Positions 1-9,887 are shown, counted from the first letter of the stretch. The stretch is DNA of 64,000 bases from Chitinophagales bacterium (GCA_019694975.1 JAIBAY010000007.1:1283-65282); one strand, 5' to 3'. Program-made: numbers and translations. The notes: generated by a model not told the origin, from the sequence alone.

Positions 1-402
1 CGATCCCTTCATCGGTCCATGTGGCTCCGCCATCTACACTGTATGCAAAGCGCGTGAGTGCAGGGCCGGTTGAGCTCCGCCTCAATCCTACCCAAAATGT
101 CTGAATGTTGAGCTGATAACCGGTGTTGGGCATAACAGTAAACTCAACCGCTTTCAAACCGGTATTGAATACTGTGGCATTAGAGAATTTAGTAGCGGAA
201 AATCCGGAAGCACAAGGTGATGCCGGCACAATGGCCCCGTTTACCCTGGTTAGAGAGGATCCTGTTGCATTAACATCCACAACCGATGGCAATCCGTTTA
301 TGCTGTTGGTGTAAATATATATCTGAGCATGCGCAATAACCGGCAAAAGTGCATAGGCAAAGAACGCCATAGCGGCGACAGTTTTGTAAAAAGAGTATTT
401 CA
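1..402 (-). CDS. hypothetical secreted protein, N-terminal part only (gene runs off the left edge)
   Basis: Absent from the ORF track because no stop lies inside the window. The reverse complement from the ATG at 402..400 reads MKYSFYKTVAAMAFFAYALLPVIAHAQIYIYTNS..., which is signal-peptide-like, and stays open to position 1. Confidence 0.5.
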
Positions 403-531
403 TAGCGAGTGGGTTTAGAGATTAAATAATTCGCTGCTCAATATAATAAAATGAATATGTATTTAATGCGGCTTTCAAAAGCATGGAGCAGTTAAAGATG
501 CAGGCACGATAGCCTGATGGGAATTGCCGGA

Positions 532-876
532 TTACTTCCGTTTCGGAGATGCTTTTGCCGTTTTGTTAAACTCCAGCGCAAGGGAAATCCAATAAGCAAG
601 TTTCTTCCTGGTATTGAGGGCTTCTATATCTACAAAAACATAGCCCTTCATAATTCTACCGGTAAAGTCCATGGGCCGGCAACCCTCTTTTTGCATCACC
701 TCTTCATACTTTGCAGGATCGAGGCGAACCATCAGTCTTTCTTTTTCCACACCGACGCACATCTTGTCATTGACCATGAAACAGCGTCCGCCGAACATGC
801 TCTTCTCTTCTACATTGTCATGTGTTTCAGCAATAATTTCCCTTACACGGTCAGCTAATTTCTGGTTGTAAGCCAT
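532..876 (-). CDS. TfoX/Sxy N-terminal domain family protein
   Basis: The 114-aa ORF contains EKSMFGGRCFMVNDKMCVGVEKERLMVRLDP...PMDFTGRIMKGYVFV, which matches the TfoX_N pattern. Confidence 0.8.
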   Translation of the reverse strand: MAYNQKLADRVREIIAETHDNVEEKSMFGGRCFMVNDKMCVGVEKERLMVRLDPAKYEEVMQKEGCRPMDFTGRIMKGYVFVDIEALNTRKKLAYWISLALEFNKTAKASPKRK

Positions 877-939
877 AGATGTTTTTTAATGGGAACAAAA
901 TAAATGAACAAAGGGCAAAAGCAGCGCAAGTAATGTACA

Positions 940-1317
940 TCAATCAGTAAAAGTTCCAAAATGCCAGAGGATTCCGGAAGGATCATGCACAAAACATTCT
1001 TTGCCCCAAGGCATTTGCCTCACCGGTATGAGGCGCACGCCTTCATATCTGGCAGGTAAATCCAGCAACTGCAATTCCTGCCAGAACAAATCCACGTCAC
1101 TGACCTCCAAAAAAACCATGGTGTTGTCAATCCAGTCTTTCACATCGGCATCCTGCAGGTAAAATCCAAGGCTGCCGGTTTTGAAATAGGAAAGATTGTG
1201 GCTGATGATACTTTCTTCGAATCCAAGATCATGGTAAAATTTACGCGACAGGGTAAAATTCCTGGCGCCAATGAAGGGCCGGATGGACAATGCGCTATGT
1301 TTCATGTTGTTCGGCAC
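940..1317 (-). CDS. VOC (glyoxalase/bleomycin-resistance) family protein
   Basis: The 125-aa ORF contains SRKFYHDLGFEE ... WGKECFVHDPSGILWHF, typical of a glyoxalase-fold beta-alpha-beta-beta-beta module. Confidence 0.75.
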   Translation of the reverse strand: MPNNMKHSALSIRPFIGARNFTLSRKFYHDLGFEESIISHNLSYFKTGSLGFYLQDADVKDWIDNTMVFLEVSDVDLFWQELQLLDLPARYEGVRLIPVRQMPWGKECFVHDPSGILWHFGTFTD

Positions 1318-1444
1318 AGAGGATGATAAACATTTTCAATGCAAAGAAATACTACTGTTTCATAATACAAAATATTCTAAAAATCACTCCTTCTTTACGT
1401 TGTTTCAATTACGAATGAAACAACAGCCATGCCGGGCATGAAGC

Positions 1445-3724
1445 TTAATGCAATACCATCAGCTTTTGCATCTTTACCTCTTTGCCGGATTTTAATACAC
1501 AACCATAGCAGCCATCAGGTAACGCTTCTGTGTTTATGCGCACCTGCGTGACTGTTGCATCCATAGTTGCTGCGCCGCTTATCTCCTGCAGCACCCTGCC
1601 GGATAAATCGGTTATCAGCAGGGTAAAAGGCATATTGCCTGATGAAAATGTAACCAGTGTTTCGGATGATGCAGGATTGGGATAAAGGCGCATGATATCC
1701 GGAGCGTCCGTTTCATTTTCAGCTTCCTGCTGTGCAGTCATCAAACGAAGATCCGATGGATTGTATTTACTTATTGAACAGGTATTAATGTAACCGGTGA
1801 AGACCGATCCGGACTTTGCCGTAAAACCCGGCAGCAGGTTAATGTATTCGCTGCCTTTCACCGTCACATTCGCACCCGTATTGATGATTGTATTACAGGG
1901 TGCTGCATAGGAAGCGTTGAGTACAGTGGCATTGGAAACAGCTATAATGCCTTCTACTACCTGTGTAACCGGAAATGAATAGGTTCCACAGATGGAACCC
2001 AGTGCCGTCTGTGCATAATGCGCAATGCCAACCGCTTTAAAAGCCTCGCCAACAGTAATCACCGTGGGAGAGCAGCTGCCATAGAGATCAATCGCTGACT
2101 GGATAAAACAATTGCGCGTTGTAACAAAATCATCATCACCATCAATATAATGCATCATGGCCTGCCAGGCAATATCGTACACATCCCATTTTCCACCTTC
2201 CAGTGGTATTACCGCATAGGATTCACCTAAGTCGTTGGTGCCTGATCCACCTTCGGCCATCAGGTAAAAACAATAATCCAGCACGGTACAGTTGGTATGA
2301 ATGCCGCCATCATCACTGCTGCCGGTATACCAGTAGTCACCGAAATACGTGTCAGGATAGCCGTACAATTTTGGATTGTCGTAGTGCCGGACAGCGCCAT
2401 CCGATTTTTCCGCTCCAAGCTTCCAATCCACCAGCCCTGACAGGTTAGAAAATTCTCCGAAGAGATCGCAGAGCGCTTCATTGACTGCGCCGGCTTCGCC
2501 TTCCATGTCTAATGCATCAGGATGTGCATCGTTGATGATGCCATGGGTAAATTCATGGCCGACGATGTCAATCGTATTAAAATCATCCTGTGAGTTGAAG
2601 TAACTTGATCCCCTGCCAAGATTGATGTTATCCAGAAAACTGTTGAAAGACGCGGAAGTGGTATAAGGCTGATTATTCTGATCATAAAAAACCACTTCAT
2701 TGTAAACATCTACCACATCGCCCGTTCCGGAAAATCCTTCATGATCAAATGATATTTTGAAAGCATCCATCACCTGATCTACTGCATACAGTGAAGTGAA
2801 TCCCATCTGCATGCCATTATTCCATGGAAGCAGAATGCCACTGAAGCAATACGGATCGCCGGTAGCCGCATCACGGGAATACTCTTCGCTGTTGGTGAGC
2901 ACGCAGTCATCATAGCTTGCTTCTGAGACATAGCCGTCATAACAAGATTCATCGCTTACTTCGAGGAACTGCTCCCCGTTAAAGGTGGTTTCAAAATCCT
3001 CCCAATAGTTAACGCCTCCACATGCAAATACAAGATCCTGCGTACGCAGGACTTCACCGCTGATGGCATCCACATAAACAGCTTCCGTACGCACAGGCTC
3101 CTTTGCTGCAATCACCATTCGCCAGGCAAGCCGGTAGTCATTCATAGGTTGCCGTTTTGTCTTTACAAACAACAATTCAGGCTGCGGATAAAGTGTAGCG
3201 TTTTCGTCTCTTTTACGTAAACGGTAATGGCCTTCTGCAACAGGGTCTTCCCACAGGTAAACCTTAGCAGGCACCGCTTGTAAAGCATACTGAATAGCCT
3301 GCTCCGGCGAAACGGCGGGCAATATCTCTGCGGGAAGGTTTGTCGCTACCTGCCCGTTGACAAGTGAAACACTGCCATTTCGCTCATGTACTGAAAGTTC
3401 AATGCCTTCCACCCTGATGCCATGATGGTATTGCGTAAAGCGAAGGTGCCTGTTGCCTGCCTTATCAATCCGTGTATTCCACCGGCGCATTTCATCTGCT
3501 TCTGTTAAAGCAAACAACTGCGGGTGCATGCTGAAGATATGTTCAGCATCAACCGGTGCCTGATTCCTGAAGAGCCACCATCCCTCAGTGCTTCCCGGGT
3601 CGAGGAAATCAGCATATGCATCAGGGACCGTATATCCATCTGTTGATCCGGATGGCACCTGTGCTTCGCAGTGAAGCACGAAAACAATCGGTAGAAGCAG
3701 CAAAGTGGCGGAACAGTATTTCAT
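1445..3724 (-). CDS. M4 (thermolysin-like) zinc metalloprotease with T9SS C-terminal sorting domain
   Basis: HEXXH is present (VGHEFTHGI), with the downstream Glu motif GAVNEALCDLFGE. The C-terminus RLYPNPASSETLVTF...KLMVLH is a T9SS sorting domain. The start is taken at the internal MKYCSATLLLLPIVFVLHCEAQ signal peptide (ATG at 3724), although the ORF is open to 3811. Confidence 0.9.
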   Translation of the reverse strand: MKYCSATLLLLPIVFVLHCEAQVPSGSTDGYTVPDAYADFLDPGSTEGWWLFRNQAPVDAEHIFSMHPQLFALTEADEMRRWNTRIDKAGNRHLRFTQYHHGIRVEGIELSVHERNGSVSLVNGQVATNLPAEILPAVSPEQAIQYALQAVPAKVYLWEDPVAEGHYRLRKRDENATLYPQPELLFVKTKRQPMNDYRLAWRMVIAAKEPVRTEAVYVDAISGEVLRTQDLVFACGGVNYWEDFETTFNGEQFLEVSDESCYDGYVSEASYDDCVLTNSEEYSRDAATGDPYCFSGILLPWNNGMQMGFTSLYAVDQVMDAFKISFDHEGFSGTGDVVDVYNEVVFYDQNNQPYTTSASFNSFLDNINLGRGSSYFNSQDDFNTIDIVGHEFTHGIINDAHPDALDMEGEAGAVNEALCDLFGEFSNLSGLVDWKLGAEKSDGAVRHYDNPKLYGYPDTYFGDYWYTGSSDDGGIHTNCTVLDYCFYLMAEGGSGTNDLGESYAVIPLEGGKWDVYDIAWQAMMHYIDGDDDFVTTRNCFIQSAIDLYGSCSPTVITVGEAFKAVGIAHYAQTALGSICGTYSFPVTQVVEGIIAVSNATVLNASYAAPCNTIINTGANVTVKGSEYINLLPGFTAKSGSVFTGYINTCSISKYNPSDLRLMTAQQEAENETDAPDIMRLYPNPASSETLVTFSSGNMPFTLLITDLSGRVLQEISGAATMDATVTQVRINTEALPDGCYGCVLKSGKEVKMQKLMVLH

Positions 3725-3976
3725 GGGTGTTTTATTTTGAAAAAGAAAACATTCAGGCAGTTGCAACGTGAACAATTGTGTAATTGAATGCTGCCAATTT
3801 GCGCAAGTCATTTCCCGCTGCAGCAGGCATCCTTACCGTTGTGCATCCGAAGATCTCCATCCTGGCGGATGCCATGCAAAACCGTTTGGTGAACGGCGGG
3901 TTTCATTTGGTGAGCGTAGCATGCGGCATTTTAAAACAGCATTTTCTCAGCGATTATTTCTATCATGAAACTTGCT

Positions 3977-4015
3977 AAAAAAATAAACCTTCCGGTTTGA
4001 AGGCCGGAAGGTTTA
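3977..4015 (-). terminator. rho-independent terminator downstream of the 4047..6785 gene
   Basis: On the minus strand this reads TAAACCTTCCGG-CCTTCAAA-CCGGAAGGTTTA followed by TTTTTTT, about 30 nt after the stop codon. Confidence 0.75.
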
Positions 4016-4046
4016 CCCGTTCTACTGCCGGATTATACTGCTTTCT

Positions 4047-6785
4047 TTATTCTTTAATCATCGGTAGGCTGGTCATCATTCTGCCCGGCATTATTATTTG
4101 AACCGTATAAACACCAGACGCAACAGCATGCAGGTCAACTTCTTCCATATTCATTCCACTGCTGCATGTTTTCGTCAGCGAGTATATCAGCCTCGACTGC
4201 ATATCCAGCAACCGGATGCTTACCGAACCCTGATGTTCATTATTGAATGAAATATGCAGGATCTCTGATACAGGATTGGGATAGAGAACCGCATCACTCT
4301 TCGCGCTCATGCTGTTCAATTCACTCATGCGTGCTGATGTGGTGAATGACAGTTTCTTTGAATATTTGCCTGTTGACTTGTCATCATTCGCAGTATCAAC
4401 CATGGCAACCTGCCATTCGTACGTTTTGCCGGCTGTCAGGTTGTTGACCGTCATGCTGCCGATGTTGCCATTTGTTTTCTTTTTGGTCCATGGCGGAGTG
4501 TCTTTCAGGCGATACCGCACAGTGTAATATTTCGCGCACGGTAAAGTATTCCATGTGAACTGAGCGCTGCTTGCCGTGATATTGGCGGTGGCTGTATTTT
4601 TCGGGCCCGGCCCTATCTCCGATTCTTTGCTCGCACCAAAACAACTGCCCGTTGCGCCATCAGCGAATGCGGTAGCTGTGTAGAGTCCGGAAGTGAGGTT
4701 AGAGAAAGTAACTGCACCACTGCCATTGGTTAGTGCAGGAATGTTGAATGGCAATCCAAATCTGTATAGCTGCACCATATACGGTCCATTGCCTCCGTCG
4801 CACTGATAAGTGATACTGCTGTTGTTGCAATTACTTCCTATATCAGGATTGGCCGTTATGGTTGTATTGCAATTCACCTGTGTAAACGAATCTGTCAGCG
4901 AATAGGTGAAGAATTCATTTGTACCGGTGGAAAATATTTTAATGTAATAATAAGCCGGCGTAAGTCCGTTAAGGTCTACCGTCAAGGTTCCGGTTTGATA
5001 ATAATTGTAATAGATGGCTGCGGCAGCAGTATCCTTATAGATGGCAATGGTGAAATACCGCTGACAATTGCAGGCAAGGCCATTTGCTTCCGTCATCCTG
5101 ATTCTTAAAAACCCGCTTCCTGTATAGTTGATTTTCCACCAGTCAGGCTGATCATACTGGCCGTCGTAATAGAAATTAATATGGCCGGTTACAGTACCGT
5201 ATGAAGGCATCGTCCTCGCCTGAGCAGCATAATTGTTTGGTTCCGCATCTGCTGCATAAGCATAAGTGGAGAGTGTATTGGAAATAGTGTAGGTAGTGAA
5301 TTCACCATTGTAATTGGTGCAATATACTTTTACAATATAAGTGCCTGCCTTCAGGCCATCCGTTACCAAGGTGTTACTGTTCAGCCAGTAGTTAACTACC
5401 TGAATAGGTGTTGCTCCATTGTTATCATAGAGAATTACCGACAGGTAGGAACCTCCTGTGTTGAGCAGCGTAATATCAAGTTTTCCATCTTCGGCAGTGG
5501 TAATGGAATACCAATCTGCCGTATCCCTTGTGAGATTGAAATAATAACCCACATGCCCGGTCAGTGAACCTCCCTGCGGTAAAGTAACCGCGTTTGTTTT
5601 GCTTCCATTAGGTTCTGCATCATTAGCACCTGTTGCACTTACCAGTGCGGCGTTGATTGTATAGGGAGCAAATGCACTATTGTAGTCGGTGCAATAGACC
5701 TTAAAATAATAAGTACCTGCAGCAAGTCCGTTGGTTGTAAGTGTTTGTGTCGAATTGTTATAGTTGAATCCATTTAATTGCTTCGTACCGTTGTTATCAA
5801 AAAGAAAGAGGGAGAGATACTGATTGTTAACGGAGGCCAGTGTCAGGTTCAGTTGCCCGTCTGCAGCTGTAGTTACTTTATACCAATCCATAGTGTCTCT
5901 TGCCACATTATAATAATATCCGGCGTGGCCCGTTTTGGTTTCTCCGATATTGATTGATAATGCTGCCGACGGACTGTTATTCGGTTCAATATCATTGGCA
6001 ACGGTTGGAGTTATCAGGGTATCTTTAATGATGTATGGAGCAAAATCGTCTGGGTTGGTACAATAAATTCTAAAGTAATACGTGCCGGCTGCAAGCCCAT
6101 TGGTATTAAGTGTCTGCGTGGAATTGTCGTAGTTGAACCCATTCAAAACTGTTGTGCCATTTTTATCATACAGGAAGAGAGAAAGATAATGCGCATTGCC
6201 CGAGCTCAAAGTGAGGGAAAGTTGTCCGTCACTATTGGTGGTTACTTTATACCAATCTGCAGTATCGCGCTTCGCGTTAAAGTAATAACCCACATGCCCG
6301 TTTAATGTACTGTTTTGCGCCAGGGTGATAGCCTGTACGCTTGAACCATTAGGTTCCAAATCGTTTGATTGTGATGGTACGGTGAGCAAATCCGAGATGG
6401 TATAAGATGGTTGTTCACCGATATTTGTAGCATACACTTTAACGTAGTAGGTTCCCTGCGCCAGCCCGTCTGTATTCTGCGCTGTAGTGCCATTCACATA
6501 GTTCACAATATAATTGAGCCCCGTTGTTCCATTGTTGTCATAAAGCTGGTAACTGAGATAAACGCCATTAGTGGATGTGAGTGTGAGGCTGATCATGCCG
6601 TCTGCATTGGTGCTGATTTTCCACCAGTCCACATCACCGCCCGGCGTCACAGCGCCTGTATTGTTTCCATTCAGTGCCAGTTTATTGGCTTTCGACTTTG
6701 TATCGTTCGGTTCTGTTTCGGTTCCCGCTGCAGTAAACCAAAGCAAAGAACACAAAACAATAGCGAGTAATTTATTTGTTTTCAT
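4047..6785 (-). CDS. secreted repeat protein: about 5 PPC/pre-peptidase-like beta-sandwich repeats, a fibronectin-III domain and a T9SS sorting domain
   Basis: Signal peptide MKTNKLLAIVLCSLLWFTAAG. The module EPN(D/G)...A..L......G....(Y/F)....D..DWYK(V/I)TT..DG.L.LTL...N....L.L(Y/F)D.NG is repeated. An FN3-like ITASSAQFTWN...YTVRYR is followed by LYPNPVSEILHISF. It is a paralogue of 45427..47793. Confidence 0.85.
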   Translation of the reverse strand: MKTNKLLAIVLCSLLWFTAAGTETEPNDTKSKANKLALNGNNTGAVTPGGDVDWWKISTNADGMISLTLTSTNGVYLSYQLYDNNGTTGLNYIVNYVNGTTAQNTDGLAQGTYYVKVYATNIGEQPSYTISDLLTVPSQSNDLEPNGSSVQAITLAQNSTLNGHVGYYFNAKRDTADWYKVTTNSDGQLSLTLSSGNAHYLSLFLYDKNGTTVLNGFNYDNSTQTLNTNGLAAGTYYFRIYCTNPDDFAPYIIKDTLITPTVANDIEPNNSPSAALSINIGETKTGHAGYYYNVARDTMDWYKVTTAADGQLNLTLASVNNQYLSLFLFDNNGTKQLNGFNYNNSTQTLTTNGLAAGTYYFKVYCTDYNSAFAPYTINAALVSATGANDAEPNGSKTNAVTLPQGGSLTGHVGYYFNLTRDTADWYSITTAEDGKLDITLLNTGGSYLSVILYDNNGATPIQVVNYWLNSNTLVTDGLKAGTYIVKVYCTNYNGEFTTYTISNTLSTYAYAADAEPNNYAAQARTMPSYGTVTGHINFYYDGQYDQPDWWKINYTGSGFLRIRMTEANGLACNCQRYFTIAIYKDTAAAAIYYNYYQTGTLTVDLNGLTPAYYYIKIFSTGTNEFFTYSLTDSFTQVNCNTTITANPDIGSNCNNSSITYQCDGGNGPYMVQLYRFGLPFNIPALTNGSGAVTFSNLTSGLYTATAFADGATGSCFGASKESEIGPGPKNTATANITASSAQFTWNTLPCAKYYTVRYRLKDTPPWTKKKTNGNIGSMTVNNLTAGKTYEWQVAMVDTANDDKSTGKYSKKLSFTTSARMSELNSMSAKSDAVLYPNPVSEILHISFNNEHQGSVSIRLLDMQSRLIYSLTKTCSSGMNMEEVDLHAVASGVYTVQIIMPGRMMTSLPMIKE

Positions 6786-7012
6786 AACCTTGTATTTAGT
6801 CAATACAAAATTATGTTTGAACTGACCGGTCAAAAAATGATCTGCATCAGTTTATCTTTTTTCAGGCGGGCGTTTCAACAACTGTGCCCGGAGAAAACCA
6901 TGATGTGATTCAAAGCGATATGCTGGAGGGTTTTTATTTATATAGCATCTCGTGCAACGGCTCGTTTTATTCATCATCTGAGAAGGTATAACGGTAGTAC
7001 GATATAATGTAA

Positions 7013-8385
7013 TTGCGATCGCGTGGAGCCTTCATGAGATGCTGAAATAAATTCAGCATGACGTGTGGCAGATTCAGCATGACGTGTGGCAGATTCAACA
7101 TGACGTGCGGCAAATTCAGATTCACGTGCAGCAAGTGCAGCATAGTATGCAGCAATAACGATCGCGTGGAGCCTTCATGAGATGCTGAAATAAATTCAGC
7201 ATGACGTGTGGCAGATTCAACGTGACGCACGACAAATTCAGCATGAAGTGCGGCAAATTCAGATTCACGTGCAACAAGTGCAGCATGGTTTGCAGCAATA
7301 GCGATCGCGTGGAGCTTTCATGAGATGCTGAAATAAATTCAGCATGACGGGTCGCAGATTCAACGTTACGCACAGTAAATTCAGCGTGATGCACAGCATA
7401 TTCAACATGACGTGTGGCAAATTCAGATTCACGTGCAACAAATGAAGCATGGTATGCAGCTATAGCGATCGCGTGGAGCCTTCATGAGATGCTGAAATAA
7501 ATTCAGCATGACGAGTGGCAGACTCAACGTTACGCACGGTAAATTCAGCATGACGTGCGGCAAATTCAGATTGGCGTGCAACAAGTGCAGCATGGTATGC
7601 AGCAACAGCGATCGCATGGAGCTTTCATGAGATGCTGAAATAAATTCAGCATGACGGGTCGCAGATTCAACGTTACGCACAGTAAATTCAGCGTGATGCA
7701 CAGCTAATTCAGTATGACGTGTGGTAAATTCAGATTGGCGTGCAGCAAGTGCAGCATAGTATGCAGCAATAACGATCGCGTGGAGCCTTCATGAGATGCT
7801 GAAATAAATTCAGCATGACGGGTCGCAGATTCAACGTTACGCACAGTAAATTCAGCGTGATGCACAGCAAATTCAGTATGACGTGTGGCAAATTCAGATT
7901 CGTGTGCAACAAGTGCAGCATGGTATGCAGCAATAGCGATCGCATGGAGCCTTCATGAGATGCTGAAATAAATTTAGCATGACGTGTGGCAGATTCAACG
8001 TTACGCACAGTAAATTCAGCGTGATGCACAGCATATTCAGTATGACGTGTGGCAAATTCAGATTCGTGTGCAACAAGTGCAGCATGGTTTGCAGCAATAG
8101 TGATCGCGTGGAGCCTTCATGAGATGCTGAAATAAATTCAGCATGACGGGTCGCATATTCAACGTTACGCACAGTAAATTCAGCGTGATGCACAGCAAAT
8201 TCAGCGTGATGCACAGCAAATTCAGCATGACGTATGGCAAATTCAGATTCACGTGCAACAAGTGCAGCATGGTATGCAGCAATAGCGATCGCATGGAGCC
8301 TTCATGAGATGCTGAAATAAATTCAGCATGACGGGTCGCAGATTCAACATGACGCACGGTAAATTCAGCATGACGTGTGGCAGAT
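7013..8385. repeat. hierarchical tandem repeat array: 21-bp subrepeats organised into 9 higher-order units of 143/164/185 bp
   Basis: The junction GCGATCGC(G/A)TGGAGC(C/T)TTCATGAGATGCTGAAATAAATTCAGCATGACG recurs. Its TGA falls at 7035, 7178, 7321, 7485, 7628, 7792, 7956, 8120 and 8305, giving spacings of 143, 143, 164, 143, 164, 164, 164 and 185, that is 143 + n x 21. Between junctions lie 21-mers such as AAATTCAGCATGACGTG(T/C)GGC. Confidence 0.92.
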
Positions 8386-8496
8386 ACTTTAATGAAGCAT
8401 TAGCCGCATCCTGAGCGATGCAATTTTTATTTACACTCAAAAATGAACGCTAAGATTGCCGCGAATCTATCGCACCATGTCCTAAAGCAATTCATG

Positions 8497-9531
8497 TTAT
8501 GAAACTTCATCGCTGCAGCGGAGTTCCCATTGCCAGGCGGATCGCATCACCTCTTCCAAAGAACGGGATGGTTTCCAACCCAGCATTTTCTCTGCTTTCG
8601 TGATATCGGAATAGACTGCTATTGCATCACCTTCACGGCGGGGGCCAAGCCGGTATTTTAATGCAATGCCGGTAGCCTTTTCAAAGGCATGCACCATTTC
8701 CAAAACACTTACACCATTGCTTGTACCAAGGTTAATGATATCAAAAAAAGAAGGTGATTCCTGTTTTTTTCTTACCAGAAATTCAAGCGCCAGCACATGC
8801 GCATCTGCCACATCCATTACATGCGGATAATCACGGATACACGATCCATCCCGTGTAGGCAGGTCGCTTCCAAACACGACAAACTCCGGTTGTTTTCCAA
8901 TTGCGGTTTTCGTGATGGCAGGAACGATGTTCTGTGGCTTCTCTTCCATCGGCTCACCAAGCAGTGCAGATGCATGCGATCCCACCGGATTAAAATAGCG
9001 CAGCGCAAGGGCATAGCATGGGAATGCCTTCACAAAGTCTTCTATCATCATCTCGCCCCAGAATTTGGTTCTGCCGTAGGGTGATTCCTGCTTCACGACA
9101 GAGGTATCCTCCGTCACCGGCAGCCGTGCTATGTTTCCATACACTGAACTGGAGGAAGAAAAAATGAGATGCGGAATTTGGAATTGCCGCATACATTCCA
9201 TGATATGCACCTGTGAGAAAAGGTTGTTATGATAATACATCAGCGGATCAGCCACTGATTCACCCACCATTTTGTACGCGGCAAAGTGGATAATGCCTGC
9301 AATGTCTTTTTCCTGACTGAAGACGTTCGTCGTGACCTGCTGATCGCACAGATCCACTTCATAATTCCGGAAAGTTTTGCCGGTAATCTGTCTCACACGG
9401 TCGGGCACATAACTTCTGCCCCGTCGCATATTATCAATGCTGACCACATCAAACCCTTTGTTTAGCAGCGCCACAATAGTGTGCCCGCCGATGTAACCAC
9501 AGCCGCCTGTCACCAGAATTTTAATGCTCAT
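8497..9531 (-). CDS. galE: UDP-glucose 4-epimerase
   Basis: N-terminal Rossmann motif ILVTGGCGYIGGH, the SDR YxxxK region SPYGRTKFWGE, and full-length similarity to the GalE pattern. Confidence 0.9.
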   Translation of the reverse strand: MSIKILVTGGCGYIGGHTIVALLNKGFDVVSIDNMRRGRSYVPDRVRQITGKTFRNYEVDLCDQQVTTNVFSQEKDIAGIIHFAAYKMVGESVADPLMYYHNNLFSQVHIMECMRQFQIPHLIFSSSSSVYGNIARLPVTEDTSVVKQESPYGRTKFWGEMMIEDFVKAFPCYALALRYFNPVGSHASALLGEPMEEKPQNIVPAITKTAIGKQPEFVVFGSDLPTRDGSCIRDYPHVMDVADAHVLALEFLVRKKQESPSFFDIINLGTSNGVSVLEMVHAFEKATGIALKYRLGPRREGDAIAVYSDITKAEKMLGWKPSRSLEEVMRSAWQWELRCSDEVS

Positions 9532-9887
9532 GCTTCCTGTCTTTTGCCTTCAATGATACGGAGAAAATATATGGCATGAAATGATACGTCAACTCTTCAA
9601 AACAGATAATACTCCGCCGATGCTTGCAGGATGAAGCATTAATATGCAACCACTATCGATCAGTTAAATGCATGCGCTGCTTTGCTGGAGGAGAAGGTTT
9701 TACAATCAAAAAAAGAAAGAGTGGTGCAGGATGAGTGATATTTTTCCGCATATACCGGAATCTGAAAATGAAGCATCAATCGTGTAAGGTGCTAACAGGT
9801 AACATTAGTGGCATCACTAACAGCTTTTCCATAAATGGATCAAAGCGATTTGTCATACAGCTTAAGCATGCCATGATATCTGCTTCC

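Noticed and set aside
7013-8385. Possible CRISPR array, suggested by regularly spaced conserved segments each containing a hairpin.
   Set aside because: The sequence between the conserved junctions is not unique spacer material. It is further copies of the same 21-bp subrepeat, unit lengths vary in exact 21-bp steps, and no cas genes are present.
6967-8440. Eight overlapping 61-106 aa minus-strand ORFs in the ORF track (MHHAEFTVRNVESATRHAEF..., ...MLNLPHVMLNL..., ...CCILCCTCCT).
   Set aside because: They overlap one another in different frames and exist only because the repeat lacks minus-strand stops. Because the 143-bp unit is not a multiple of 3, each ORF drifts through three frames of the same repeat, which is not how a real protein behaves.
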